A DNA stretch of 60,954 bases from positions 1 to 60,954 of IMG/VR virus record IMGVR_UViG_3300030708_003161. One strand, written 5' to 3'. This DNA comes from a virus. Lineage: Duplodnaviria > Caudoviricetes. This document shows, piece by piece, positions 37,362-47,133 of the stretch (position 1 is the stretch's first letter; each line of letters begins with the position of its first letter). The translations under genes were made by a program, and so were the position numbers. The notes under the pieces are model-generated. The model did not search any database and was not told the DNA's origin. It saw nothing but the letters and a program-made list of their open reading frames with translations.

Positions 37362-40300
37362 ATGGAAGAATTAAATAGTATTATTGGGGAAATGATTGCT
37401 AACGGGGAGCCGCAAGAAGTAATGGATGCTGTAATTGCAGAATGGGAAAACCGAAACCCAGGTGTATTAAATAACGAATCATTAAATACAGAACCTTTAG
37501 GCACTGAACAATCTAATTTTGATGAAATAATACCTGAAGATCAAAATTGGTTTGAAAGAAATATTGGAGATAATATACCCGGTATTGAGTTTATGAGTGA
37601 TTTATATAGAGATATACAAAGGGGTATTGCTATAGGTCAAACTACAGACGAAAAAGCTAGATTATTCACAGGAGATAGTTCAGATGAAGCAATTCAAGAT
37701 TATATTAAAACCACTAAAGAAGTTGGTGAGTTAAAGCAATCTGAAGAAATGCAACAATATAATAAATTTTTGCAAGAATATAAAGATCAAGGTGACTCCG
37801 ATGCATTAGCTTGGTTTAAAGCACAGGCTAAGTCAACTTTAAAAGGTGATGGTGTTTTAATGGGTATGTTTGCAGAATCATTAGCTTCTCAGGCTTCTAC
37901 AATATTTGCATCACCTGGGCAAGCCGCAATAGTAGGAGCAGGAGCTTTTACTGGAGCAAAAGTAAGTGGAGCTATAGGTGCGGCGGCTAGCAGCTGGACA
38001 GGGCCTTTAGCAGGTGTTTTTTCTGCTTTTAGTGCCGCTGGTGGTGCAGTAGCAGGTGCAAGGTCTGCTTCTATGGGTATATTAGAAACAACCTCAACAT
38101 TTAATGATTTATTATCTGAAAAAATAAAAGAAAGAGGAGGCGATCCATTAAATGCTGAAGATATTAGAGCTGTACTTGAAGATGAAGAAGCAATGGGTGA
38201 ATTAAGAAGAAATTCATTAGCGAGAGGATTTACTATTAGTGCATTTGAAGGAGCTGCTGGATTAGTTGGAGCAGGTGTTGCTGCTAAAACTGTAGTTTCA
38301 AAAGCAGGCAAATTTGTAAGAGCTTCTAAAGTAGCCGGAGTTGAAGCCGTAGGTGGTGGTACTGGTGAATTTGCGGGTCAATTAGCAGCCGGTCAAGATA
38401 TAAATGTAGAAGAAATACTAACTGAAGCATTTACAGGTACAGGTATGGCTGCAACAAGTATTGCAGCAGGACAGTTTAATAGAAAAGGTATTGCAGAATA
38501 TAATTTAAATGGTGAGAAAGATGCAAAGCTTAGAGGTGAAATTGAAGATCTTGTAGAAAATGGTACAGATGAACAGTTTGTAAATAGTAAAGTAAAAGTT
38601 GAAAACGATAAAACTCTTCAAGATAAAATAAATAAAAGAAGAAAAAAGATTGTTAAAGAAAACAAACAAGTAGTAAAAGATAAAATTAAACCTAAAGTTG
38701 TTGAAGAAGTTGAAAAAAGAATTGATGCAAAAATTTTAAAACTACAACAACAAATAAAACAAGTTGAAAAAGAAGATGGCCCAGTTGCTGCTGCTGCTTT
38801 TAAAAAACAACTAGAAATAGAAAAAAAGAAGAAAGAAGATATTAATAAAATCATGTTTGAGCAGTTAGATCAATTAAGTGAAGAAGAAACACTTAATTTG
38901 ATGAACATGGATGACGAAGTATCTATTTATCAGTCTATATTAAATGATCCTAATTCTACTGAGTTAGCAAAACAATCTGCAAAAGAACAATTAGCTTTAT
39001 TAAAAGCAGCACAATTAGAAGTAGTAAACAATCCTGATTCTGTTGATATGGCTAAAGAAGATGGACCAGTAAGTAAAAAGAATAAAGACTTATCTGATAA
39101 AACTCAAAAGGCTTACGAAAGAAAAGGTAAAGATGCATGGGCTGAAGTTTCAGAATATCAAGCAGGTATTATAAATACTATAGCACATTCTATGTGGTCT
39201 AAAATACCAAAAGAAAAAAGAGTAGGCACTATAGAAGATTTTATATCTGGTCTTAAAAGTGATAAAGAAGGGATAAGAGGATTACTTAAAACTTATGATC
39301 CTACAACAGGTGTGCCTTTAGCTGCTTATATCCAAAATCCTATATCTGGAATAAGAGTAAGAGCTAATAGGATAATAAAAAGATATGTAAAGCAAGACAT
39401 AGAAGAAGATGTAACTAGTCAACAGTTTAAAGATTATTATACTACAGAAGAAGCTATAGATTTAGATAGAAGATATTTACACGAGAAGCTTAAATTAAAT
39501 CCTATATTAGCAGATTTAGAAAGTACAACAGAGGTAGCATATCAAAAAGCTAGAAATGAATTAGAAACAATAGGTAATGTTACACAGAAAAAACAAAGAA
39601 AAGCTTTAATAAAAGCATTTGATAAAATATTTAAAGGTAAATATGATAAAAAAATAAAAGACTTTGTAGGTAAAAATACTAAATCTGAAAAAACATTTAG
39701 TAAATTTTTAAAAGATAATTTACCTGCATTAAAATTAGCGGTGGTTGCAAATATTAATTCTCAAATGTCTAATGATAATATTATGAGTACGTGGACAAAG
39801 GTTCCTCCTACCGATCAAGATTTTTTAGATTATTATGAAGGTAAAGATATTAGCCCTGACCAACCTGCTAGTGTTAAAAGTGATAGAAAAACAAAATTAG
39901 TAGAAGCTATTAGAAGACAATTAGGTATAGACGCCCGCGCTTCCTTTAGAGAACAATTTGCTGAAGATCTACCTCAATTTCAACAAATCGATGAAGTCGA
40001 AGTATTTAATTCTAAAGATTTTTTAGATAAACTAAATTTTATTTTTACAGAACCCAGCGAGGTTATTGGTAAAGAAGCTAAAGATGTAGAAGATGCTGAG
40101 GTAGAAAACAATATTAACAAAGTTATAGAAAATCAAATTGTTCCAAATTTAAATAAAAACTTTGATAACCAAAATACTAAAAAGTTAGATCCTAATAATG
40201 AAAATGATTTGCCAGAAATTTATGAAGAATGGCAAAGCTATATTACTAAAGGTTATGTATCTCCTGCTGTATTACAAAAAATGGGACAGTTTGGAGCTAA

Positions 40301-43300
40301 GGTTGCTTATAAAGATATAAATGGTAAATTTCATCCTACTAAAACAGCTGCTAAATTAGGTAATGATAAAGCTAAGCCTAAAAAGTATTATGAAATGAAA
40401 GAGGCTGTAGAGGGAAGTGAAGAGTCTAATGGAAAACAATATTTACCGTTTGACATTGACACTAAAAACCCTGAGCTTGAAGGAAAATTTAAACCTGCAA
40501 GAGGCGGTTTATATTATGGTACTGTAGATCCCTTATATAAAAACCATTTAAAATTAGCTCAAGAAAAATATCCTAAACAAAAAATTTCTAAAAAAGGAAA
40601 ATTAAATTTATTTGGTAAAATAAATAATGTAATATCAAATAATTTAGTAAATTATCCTATATTAAAAAAATTAGTAGACGGTTATGCTTCAAGTGTACAA
40701 GACAATCAAGAAATTGTTATGCAAATGGCTGAAGATATGGCGGATGCTATCCAAAAAGGAGAAGCAAATCCGTGGGTTATGTCATTAGGATTAAAAACTG
40801 CATATAAAGGTACTGATGGATTATTAAAAACTTCATATGAATTTAAAGGATATGAGCAAGGTACCTTAGAATTTGGAGATGGTAAATTTGCAGAAAATTA
40901 TAAAGGTAACTCTAAGCGTAGAGTAAGAGAAGAACACTCCCCACCTGTTAGTTCATTTGCAGCTAAACTTTTATTAGCTACATCTATGGTAAAATCTGAA
41001 AACATGCGTCCTCTCATTCAAAAAATGTATAAGGATGCAGGGCAATATTTAATTTCTTTTAAGCATGATCAAGATTTAGAAACCGCTAAGTTAGGTGCTA
41101 GTATTGTAGAGGGAGATGTAATTGGGCAAAACTCAGGACTACATAGAATTTTACAAGTTATTCCTGCAAATAAATTAGTTTTAATTAAAGATAATATTAC
41201 TGTAGAAGAATTAAATGATAAAATTAAAGATGCAATTCAAACAAAAAAGCCTGCAGAAAGAATATTACAAGGCGTAACACAGCAATTTGAACAGGATAAT
41301 CAGCAAGATATTCCTTTATCAGATAACGAAAGAATAGAAGCATTTACTGATATACTTAGTTTAGCTTATCCTGATAAAATCATAATGACTAACAGAGAAG
41401 ATGTTATTAAATATCTAACAGCTAATTTTCCTAGAAAATTTCCAAATAGAAAAGCAGCAGAAAAAGTTATAGATAATGCAAGAGGATTTAGAGATAGTAA
41501 TGTTATATTTCTTAATCCCGGAAAAGCTACTTTAGAAACGGTAATGCATGAATTTACTCATGAATGGGCTTATATAGTTAAAGATAGAGATCCTGAATTA
41601 TTCAACGCTATATATGAAAAAATACAAGGGCACCCTAGATTTAAAGAGGCTGTTGAAAGAATGAAAGAACCTGGAGTTGGTGGTTATAGCGAAATGAGTC
41701 CTGATTCATTTGAATATAAAAATGAAGTAATAGCTTATATATTAGGAAAAGAAGGCTCATCTCTTTATGAATTATTTGCAGGTGATGCTGAAGCTAAATC
41801 TTTAATAGATAAGTTCTTTGATTATGTAAGAGAAGCTTTAGGTTTTGATCCTACAGTTAAAAACTTTTCAGATTTAACAGTTGAAGAAGTAATTAAATTA
41901 ACTGTTAAAGATATTGTAGAGGGTAATCCTGCTGCTAATTTTGATAAATTAAAAAATAAATCTGAAGGTAAAAGTTGGTTTGCTAAAACAGAAGCAAATC
42001 AAAGTCCTAGTCAAAAAGCTAAATTAGATCCTATATTAAGAGCTTTTAATAAAATTAAATTATCATATAGAGAAAATAAAGATTTAGCACAAGCTATTGT
42101 TGACGCTTATCCAGAAGTAGAAAGCAGCATGGAGTTTGGTGATTTTGTTAAATTAGTATTACAAAATACTAAAGAAACTGAAATAGGTGAATCTAAAACG
42201 CTTCTTATAGCAAAAAATGATGTATTAAAAGCAAATAAAATAGCTGAAGAAAGTACTAAAAAGTTAGAACAAGATAAAATTAAAGAAGAAGATAAATCTA
42301 CTCTTCAAAATAAATTTAGAAGAATGATTTATAAAGCCGCAGCGGAAGGGGCAAAAGCATCTAGATGGTTTATACCACCAAGTGCTGAAGACTTTAAAGG
42401 TTTGCTATACACGTTTTTACCAAAAGGCAAAGCTGGTGTTGAAGCCCGTAAATTTTTAGAAGAACATTTATTAAAACCTTATTCTGATGGTATTGCTGCC
42501 CTTGATACTGAAATATTAAATAAAAGTAAAGCTTGGGAAAAAATGTCTAAAGGATATAACCTTAATGAAAAAGTAGAGGGTACTCCATATACAATAGGCG
42601 ATGCTATAAAAATTTATAATGCTGTTAAGCGTGGTGATGATGTTACTATTGCAAAACAAAAACACATGGATGCTTTAATTCATAAAGTTGAAAGTGATCA
42701 AAGTCTTTTAGATTTAGCTGAAGCTATTGAAGAAAGTTTTCCTATTGATATAAAAGATGGGTGGCAAAATAAAACTTTAGCTAAAGAAGTATTTGATGCT
42801 ATTAATAATGGTGCTAGAGAAAGAGCTTTAAAAACTTTTTCTGAAAATGTAGATGCAATATTTAATGATACCACAATGGATCTTATTGGTGATCAATTTG
42901 GAAACAACTTTAAACAAGCATTAAAAAACACCCTTAGAAGGATGAAATCTGGTCGTAATAGGGTAAGTACAGACGCACAGTCTAATGTGTGGTTAAACTG
43001 GATTAATAGAGCCGTAGGGACGACTATGTTCTTTAATAGCAGATCAGCTTTGCTGCAAACTATTTCATCTCTTAATTTTATAGGATTAAAAGATAACAAT
43101 ATATTTCAAGCAGCAGCTGCATATGCAAATAGAAAACAATTTCAAGAAGATTATAAAAAATTATGGAATAGTGACTATTTAAAAAATAGAAGAGACGGTG
43201 CAAAGTTTGATGTACTAGCAGATGAAATTGCAGAAGGAGATCCACAAGGAATAAATAAATTATTAAAAAACGGATTTCTACCAACTAGATATGCAGATAG

Positions 43301-44546
43301 TTTTGCTATTGCTTTAGGAGGTGCGGCGTTTTATAGAAATAGAGTAAATGCTTTAGTTAAGCAAGGGATGGATGTAAAGCAAGCTGAACAACAAGCTATG
43401 AATGATTGGAGAAAAGAAGCTGAAAATTCACAGCAATCTGCAGATCCTTCTAAAATATCTGAAATACAAGCATCGTCACTTGGTAGAATTATATATGCTT
43501 TTGCTAATACACCTTTCCAGTATGCTAGAATTGTTAAAAGAAGATTACAAGATATAACATCTGGTAGGTCTGCAGCTGAAGGTAGAGTACAAAGTGATCT
43601 TGGTACTATATTATATTATGGGGCTGTGCAAGCTGTAATGTTTAATGCATTACAATCAGGGTTAGCTGCTCTTGCTTTTGGAGATGATGATGATGAAGAA
43701 ATTAAAAAACTAAAAGATAAAAAATATTTAATGTCTATTGAAAGAGGTTTAACTTCTTTTGCTAAATCTTTAGGTAATCCAGGTGCGGTTTCTGCTACAC
43801 TTTATTCTTTAATGAAAGAAGGGTATTTGCAACAAACAGGACAAAAAAGACCTGATCCAAATGCTTTTGCAATAACAGCTACAAGCATATCACCACCTAT
43901 AAATTCTAAACTTAGAGATTTAGCTTCTGCTTATAGATCATTTAATAAAATAGATGAGGATGATTTGTTAACACCTTCTTTAGACAATGAAGCTTTAACT
44001 ATGTCTGGTGAAATCGCTTCTTTTGCAGGTGTACCTTTAGATAGAGTAATTCGTAAAGCTAGACACTTAGCAGCTATTAAAAATGAAGAATTAGAAGCTT
44101 GGCAAAAATTATGGTTAGTATTAGGATGGAATGAATGGGATTTAGGTGTTGATACTAAAGTTAGTAAAAATTTATTTCAAGAGGCGGAATTTGATAGTGA
44201 TGATTTTAAAGAAGCAGAGTTTGAAGAATCAACATTTAAAAAATTAAAACCCGGTGTTGCAGGTGTAGCAAATAATGATGGAACTATAGAATTAGATCCT
44301 AATTTATCACCTGAAGAAAAAAGAAAAACTATACAACACGAGAAGCAACATTTGCTTGATATGAAAAATAAAAAAATAAAGTTAAACTACGACGATAACT
44401 TTGTTTATTATAAAAATAAAAAATATAAAAGAGCAAATGGTAATATAGTATATAACGGGAAATCCTATATAGAGGGTCACCCAGACTTGCCTTGGGAAAA
44501 GAGGGCATATAAAGCAGAGAAAACTAGAAAGTTTTTGTATGCATAA
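37362..44546 (+). CDS. Giant polyvalent virion/ejection protein (G/A-rich membrane segment, sigma-like segment, two HExxH motifs)
   Basis: 2394 aa; YDPTTGVPLAAY; MHEFTH; C-terminal QHEKQH...LPWEKRAY. Confidence 0.78.
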   Translation: MEELNSIIGEMIANGEPQEVMDAVIAEWENRNPGVLNNESLNTEPLGTEQSNFDEIIPEDQNWFERNIGDNIPGIEFMSDLYRDIQRGIAIGQTTDEKARLFTGDSSDEAIQDYIKTTKEVGELKQSEEMQQYNKFLQEYKDQGDSDALAWFKAQAKSTLKGDGVLMGMFAESLASQASTIFASPGQAAIVGAGAFTGAKVSGAIGAAASSWTGPLAGVFSAFSAAGGAVAGARSASMGILETTSTFNDLLSEKIKERGGDPLNAEDIRAVLEDEEAMGELRRNSLARGFTISAFEGAAGLVGAGVAAKTVVSKAGKFVRASKVAGVEAVGGGTGEFAGQLAAGQDINVEEILTEAFTGTGMAATSIAAGQFNRKGIAEYNLNGEKDAKLRGEIEDLVENGTDEQFVNSKVKVENDKTLQDKINKRRKKIVKENKQVVKDKIKPKVVEEVEKRIDAKILKLQQQIKQVEKEDGPVAAAAFKKQLEIEKKKKEDINKIMFEQLDQLSEEETLNLMNMDDEVSIYQSILNDPNSTELAKQSAKEQLALLKAAQLEVVNNPDSVDMAKEDGPVSKKNKDLSDKTQKAYERKGKDAWAEVSEYQAGIINTIAHSMWSKIPKEKRVGTIEDFISGLKSDKEGIRGLLKTYDPTTGVPLAAYIQNPISGIRVRANRIIKRYVKQDIEEDVTSQQFKDYYTTEEAIDLDRRYLHEKLKLNPILADLESTTEVAYQKARNELETIGNVTQKKQRKALIKAFDKIFKGKYDKKIKDFVGKNTKSEKTFSKFLKDNLPALKLAVVANINSQMSNDNIMSTWTKVPPTDQDFLDYYEGKDISPDQPASVKSDRKTKLVEAIRRQLGIDARASFREQFAEDLPQFQQIDEVEVFNSKDFLDKLNFIFTEPSEVIGKEAKDVEDAEVENNINKVIENQIVPNLNKNFDNQNTKKLDPNNENDLPEIYEEWQSYITKGYVSPAVLQKMGQFGAKVAYKDINGKFHPTKTAAKLGNDKAKPKKYYEMKEAVEGSEESNGKQYLPFDIDTKNPELEGKFKPARGGLYYGTVDPLYKNHLKLAQEKYPKQKISKKGKLNLFGKINNVISNNLVNYPILKKLVDGYASSVQDNQEIVMQMAEDMADAIQKGEANPWVMSLGLKTAYKGTDGLLKTSYEFKGYEQGTLEFGDGKFAENYKGNSKRRVREEHSPPVSSFAAKLLLATSMVKSENMRPLIQKMYKDAGQYLISFKHDQDLETAKLGASIVEGDVIGQNSGLHRILQVIPANKLVLIKDNITVEELNDKIKDAIQTKKPAERILQGVTQQFEQDNQQDIPLSDNERIEAFTDILSLAYPDKIIMTNREDVIKYLTANFPRKFPNRKAAEKVIDNARGFRDSNVIFLNPGKATLETVMHEFTHEWAYIVKDRDPELFNAIYEKIQGHPRFKEAVERMKEPGVGGYSEMSPDSFEYKNEVIAYILGKEGSSLYELFAGDAEAKSLIDKFFDYVREALGFDPTVKNFSDLTVEEVIKLTVKDIVEGNPAANFDKLKNKSEGKSWFAKTEANQSPSQKAKLDPILRAFNKIKLSYRENKDLAQAIVDAYPEVESSMEFGDFVKLVLQNTKETEIGESKTLLIAKNDVLKANKIAEESTKKLEQDKIKEEDKSTLQNKFRRMIYKAAAEGAKASRWFIPPSAEDFKGLLYTFLPKGKAGVEARKFLEEHLLKPYSDGIAALDTEILNKSKAWEKMSKGYNLNEKVEGTPYTIGDAIKIYNAVKRGDDVTIAKQKHMDALIHKVESDQSLLDLAEAIEESFPIDIKDGWQNKTLAKEVFDAINNGARERALKTFSENVDAIFNDTTMDLIGDQFGNNFKQALKNTLRRMKSGRNRVSTDAQSNVWLNWINRAVGTTMFFNSRSALLQTISSLNFIGLKDNNIFQAAAAYANRKQFQEDYKKLWNSDYLKNRRDGAKFDVLADEIAEGDPQGINKLLKNGFLPTRYADSFAIALGGAAFYRNRVNALVKQGMDVKQAEQQAMNDWRKEAENSQQSADPSKISEIQASSLGRIIYAFANTPFQYARIVKRRLQDITSGRSAAEGRVQSDLGTILYYGAVQAVMFNALQSGLAALAFGDDDDEEIKKLKDKKYLMSIERGLTSFAKSLGNPGAVSATLYSLMKEGYLQQTGQKRPDPNAFAITATSISPPINSKLRDLASAYRSFNKIDEDDLLTPSLDNEALTMSGEIASFAGVPLDRVIRKARHLAAIKNEELEAWQKLWLVLGWNEWDLGVDTKVSKNLFQEAEFDSDDFKEAEFEESTFKKLKPGVAGVANNDGTIELDPNLSPEEKRKTIQHEKQHLLDMKNKKIKLNYDDNFVYYKNKKYKRANGNIVYNGKSYIEGHPDLPWEKRAYKAEKTRKFLYA

Positions 44547-44590
44547 AAAAAAGGGATGTTACAATTAAGTAGCATCCCTTTATTATTTTA
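44545..44590. terminator. Bidirectional rho-independent terminator between the converging arms
   Basis: A-run, gggatgttac-aattaa-gtagcatccc stem-loop, then a T-rich run. Confidence 0.85.
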
Positions 44591-44779
44591 AAAGAATAAT
44601 ATTCCAATAACTAAACCAAATACTGGGCCTAGTAATGCCCATACTTTATATAGTTTTATAATTTTATTCTCTTTAGAAGAATAAATATTATCTTCAGTAT
44701 TTAAATTTAAAGACTCTATTTTATTTTCTAATTCTTTTATTTTTGCTTTTGCATCCGCAAAGGTAAATCTTTTTGCCAT
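44588..44779 (-). CDS. Small protein with coiled coil and C-terminal TM helix
   Basis: MAKRFTFADAKAKIKELE...VWALLGPVFGLVIGILFF. Confidence 0.6.
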   Translation of the reverse strand: MAKRFTFADAKAKIKELENKIESLNLNTEDNIYSSKENKIIKLYKVWALLGPVFGLVIGILFF

Positions 44780-44793
44780 AAAATTAATTTTAA

Positions 44794-46536
44794 TTATCCA
44801 TCGCAGCTTAAACAATTAGGATCCATAGCTGCTGCTGCTATATCCCCTCTCAATACAGACTCGGTCCTCATATAATATAAGGTCTTTATTCCATGTTTCC
44901 ATGCGTCCATATGAACTTTATTAATCCATCTAGGTGTAGCCTCAGAAGGAAAAGCTAGATTAAGTGATACTGATTGATCAATATAATCTTGTCTTATACC
45001 TGCTTGCCTAACTAATTCTAGTTGATTTATTTCTTTAAACGTTTTAAACACGTTTTTGACTGGCTCTCCATCTTCTTTATTGAGCCGTCCTCTTTCGTCA
45101 TAATACCATCCGTTAAGTGCATCGAGTGCTTGAACAGATCCACCATCGGCAAGTATCTTATCCCATGTATCTTTGTTATCAATCCCAAGTTTCTTAAATA
45201 CTTTTTTAAGTTCGTTATTTTTTCTAATAAATGTTCCTTTAGCAGACTGCTCTGTAAATACATTAGCAGCCCAAGGTTCAATACCAGCTGAAACATTACC
45301 TGATAGTTTTGAATTACTAACTGTTGGTGCAATAGATCTTAAATGTGTATTTCTAAATCCTGTACCAACACACCACAGTGGTTCACCATATATTTCAGCA
45401 AGTGCTCTTGAAGCACGCTCAGTTTCAATTTTTATTTTTGAAAATATTTCTCGCGTTTTGAATTGCGCTAATAAACTTTCGAAAGCGATTCCCTTCTTTT
45501 GTAATAGGCTGTGCCACCCAAGGACACCAAGTCCAAGCGCCCTGCCTTTTTCCGCACTGCGTACAGAGTTCTCGAATCCCTTCATATTCTTTGCTCTCTG
45601 AATAAATTCTTCTAGCACACCGTCCAGGAACCATGTTGCGTCGTAAATTAAATTTGTATTCTTCCATTCATCATATTTATCTAAATTAACCGAAGATAAA
45701 CAACAAACAAAACTGTGTGACTCATCTGTATGCAATACTATTTCGCTGCATATATTAGTCATATGTACTTTTAAACTGTTTTTCTTATATGCTTCTGGAT
45801 TAGCTTTGTTTGTATTTCCTTTAAATAAGATATATGGTTCTCCAGTTGCTTTACGCTTTTGGATAAGCTTTGACCATTTGATTCTTGCTTCTTCATCTCC
45901 AAGTTCAAGCTTTCGCATAAACTTATCGCCAACGACAGCACACTGCTGCAGGTTAAGAGATTGTCTATTGACATCTCCTTTAGGTTCTCTAATCTCCAAC
46001 CATTCGAGGAAGTCACTGTGTTCAATATTGATATTAACGCTTGCAGCTCCTCTTCTAACGGAACCTTGATTGGTCGCCAATATAGTTGAGTCGTATATTT
46101 TGCAAAAAGGGACAACGCCGTCAGAAGTTCCATTACCTGTAATTTTAGCACCAGCGGGACGAATCATATTAACTCCGATACCTACACCCCCGCCGTGTTT
46201 TGCAAGTAACATCATTTCTAAATTTTTATTTCCTATATCCTGTATACTATCTGCAACATCAATTCCAAAACAACTTATAGGTAAACCTCTATCTGATCCC
46301 GTGTTAGATAATACAGGTGATGCTAAACACAACCATCCTTTCCATATATAATCAAAAAACTTATCTGCAAGTTCTGGTTTGTATAAACGCTTTGCTACAG
46401 TTTTAGCAACACGCATATATGCATCACGAGGTGACTCACCATTAATTAAATACCCACCTGATATTGTTTTCTTATATATATCCGTATCACCCCACGCAGG
46501 GTAATCTTTATTTTTTTTCCAGTTATTATTCCACAT
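44794..46536 (-). CDS. nrdA: Ribonucleotide reductase class Ia alpha subunit (no ATP cone)
   Basis: SPVLSN, ISCF, GGGVG, TNICSEI, APTVSNS, KTLYY, C-terminal CLSC. Confidence 0.96.
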   Translation of the reverse strand: MWNNNWKKNKDYPAWGDTDIYKKTISGGYLINGESPRDAYMRVAKTVAKRLYKPELADKFFDYIWKGWLCLASPVLSNTGSDRGLPISCFGIDVADSIQDIGNKNLEMMLLAKHGGGVGIGVNMIRPAGAKITGNGTSDGVVPFCKIYDSTILATNQGSVRRGAASVNINIEHSDFLEWLEIREPKGDVNRQSLNLQQCAVVGDKFMRKLELGDEEARIKWSKLIQKRKATGEPYILFKGNTNKANPEAYKKNSLKVHMTNICSEIVLHTDESHSFVCCLSSVNLDKYDEWKNTNLIYDATWFLDGVLEEFIQRAKNMKGFENSVRSAEKGRALGLGVLGWHSLLQKKGIAFESLLAQFKTREIFSKIKIETERASRALAEIYGEPLWCVGTGFRNTHLRSIAPTVSNSKLSGNVSAGIEPWAANVFTEQSAKGTFIRKNNELKKVFKKLGIDNKDTWDKILADGGSVQALDALNGWYYDERGRLNKEDGEPVKNVFKTFKEINQLELVRQAGIRQDYIDQSVSLNLAFPSEATPRWINKVHMDAWKHGIKTLYYMRTESVLRGDIAAAAMDPNCLSCDG

Positions 46537-46882
46537 TTAAATAATATATTAAATATCCTATTGACACATTTAAATTTACTAATACTAAGTTCCATTGTTT
46601 TGCAACCCATACTTGAGGTATAGATAATATTCCCCCTATAATATAAGTTATAATACCTATACCTTCGTATGCTAATAAATATGGTGACATCATAATAAAT
46701 GCTGTACCCATATATCCTAATCTATTTGCAATTCTTTCTTTTGCTGTAAGTCTTCTATCTTGTACTAATAATCGCATAAAAGATCTTTTCCATCTAAACT
46801 CACATCGTATGCATGTTTTTTTACCCGCGTGTTTAAACTTATGATCTTTTTTCTTTTTCTTACAGACATTACAAACTCTCAT
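46526..46882 (-). CDS. Zn-finger plus three-TM membrane protein
   Basis: CNVC...CIRC followed by three hydrophobic helices containing LSIPQVW. Confidence 0.7.
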   Translation of the reverse strand: MRVCNVCKKKKKDHKFKHAGKKTCIRCEFRWKRSFMRLLVQDRRLTAKERIANRLGYMGTAFIMMSPYLLAYEGIGIITYIIGGILSIPQVWVAKQWNLVLVNLNVSIGYLIYYLNVE

Positions 46883-47121
46883 CTATTACATCTATTTCTT
46901 TTAGGTTGAGCATATAGAGTTGGCAATGGTTCAGTATATAATAAATTGTAATTGTAATTATATGCAGGTTCAGTTATTATAATAATTTGTCTTTGATAAT
47001 TATTTAAATTATTTAAATAATATAAATCTTCTAATATTAAATCATTATAATTATAGTTATAATTATATTGTGCATTGCTATAAAAACCTATAGCTAAAAA
47101 TAGTATTAAAATTTTTTTCAT
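46879..47121 (-). CDS. Small secreted Y/N-rich protein
   Basis: Signal peptide MKKILILFLAIGFYSNA|Q, then YNYNYNY low-complexity sequence. Confidence 0.6.
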   Translation of the reverse strand: MKKILILFLAIGFYSNAQYNYNYNYNDLILEDLYYLNNLNNYQRQIIIITEPAYNYNYNLLYTEPLPTLYAQPKRNRCNR

Positions 47122-47133
47122 AATTAATTGTTT

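Noticed and set aside
37889-43284. Antisense ORFs within the giant gene
   Set aside because: Typical antisense shadows over A/G- or K/E-rich coding sequence, with no independent signals.
45022-46351. + strand ORFs opposite nrdA
   Set aside because: Antisense to a highly conserved gene, pointing away from the late arm beyond its terminator, with no promoter evidence.
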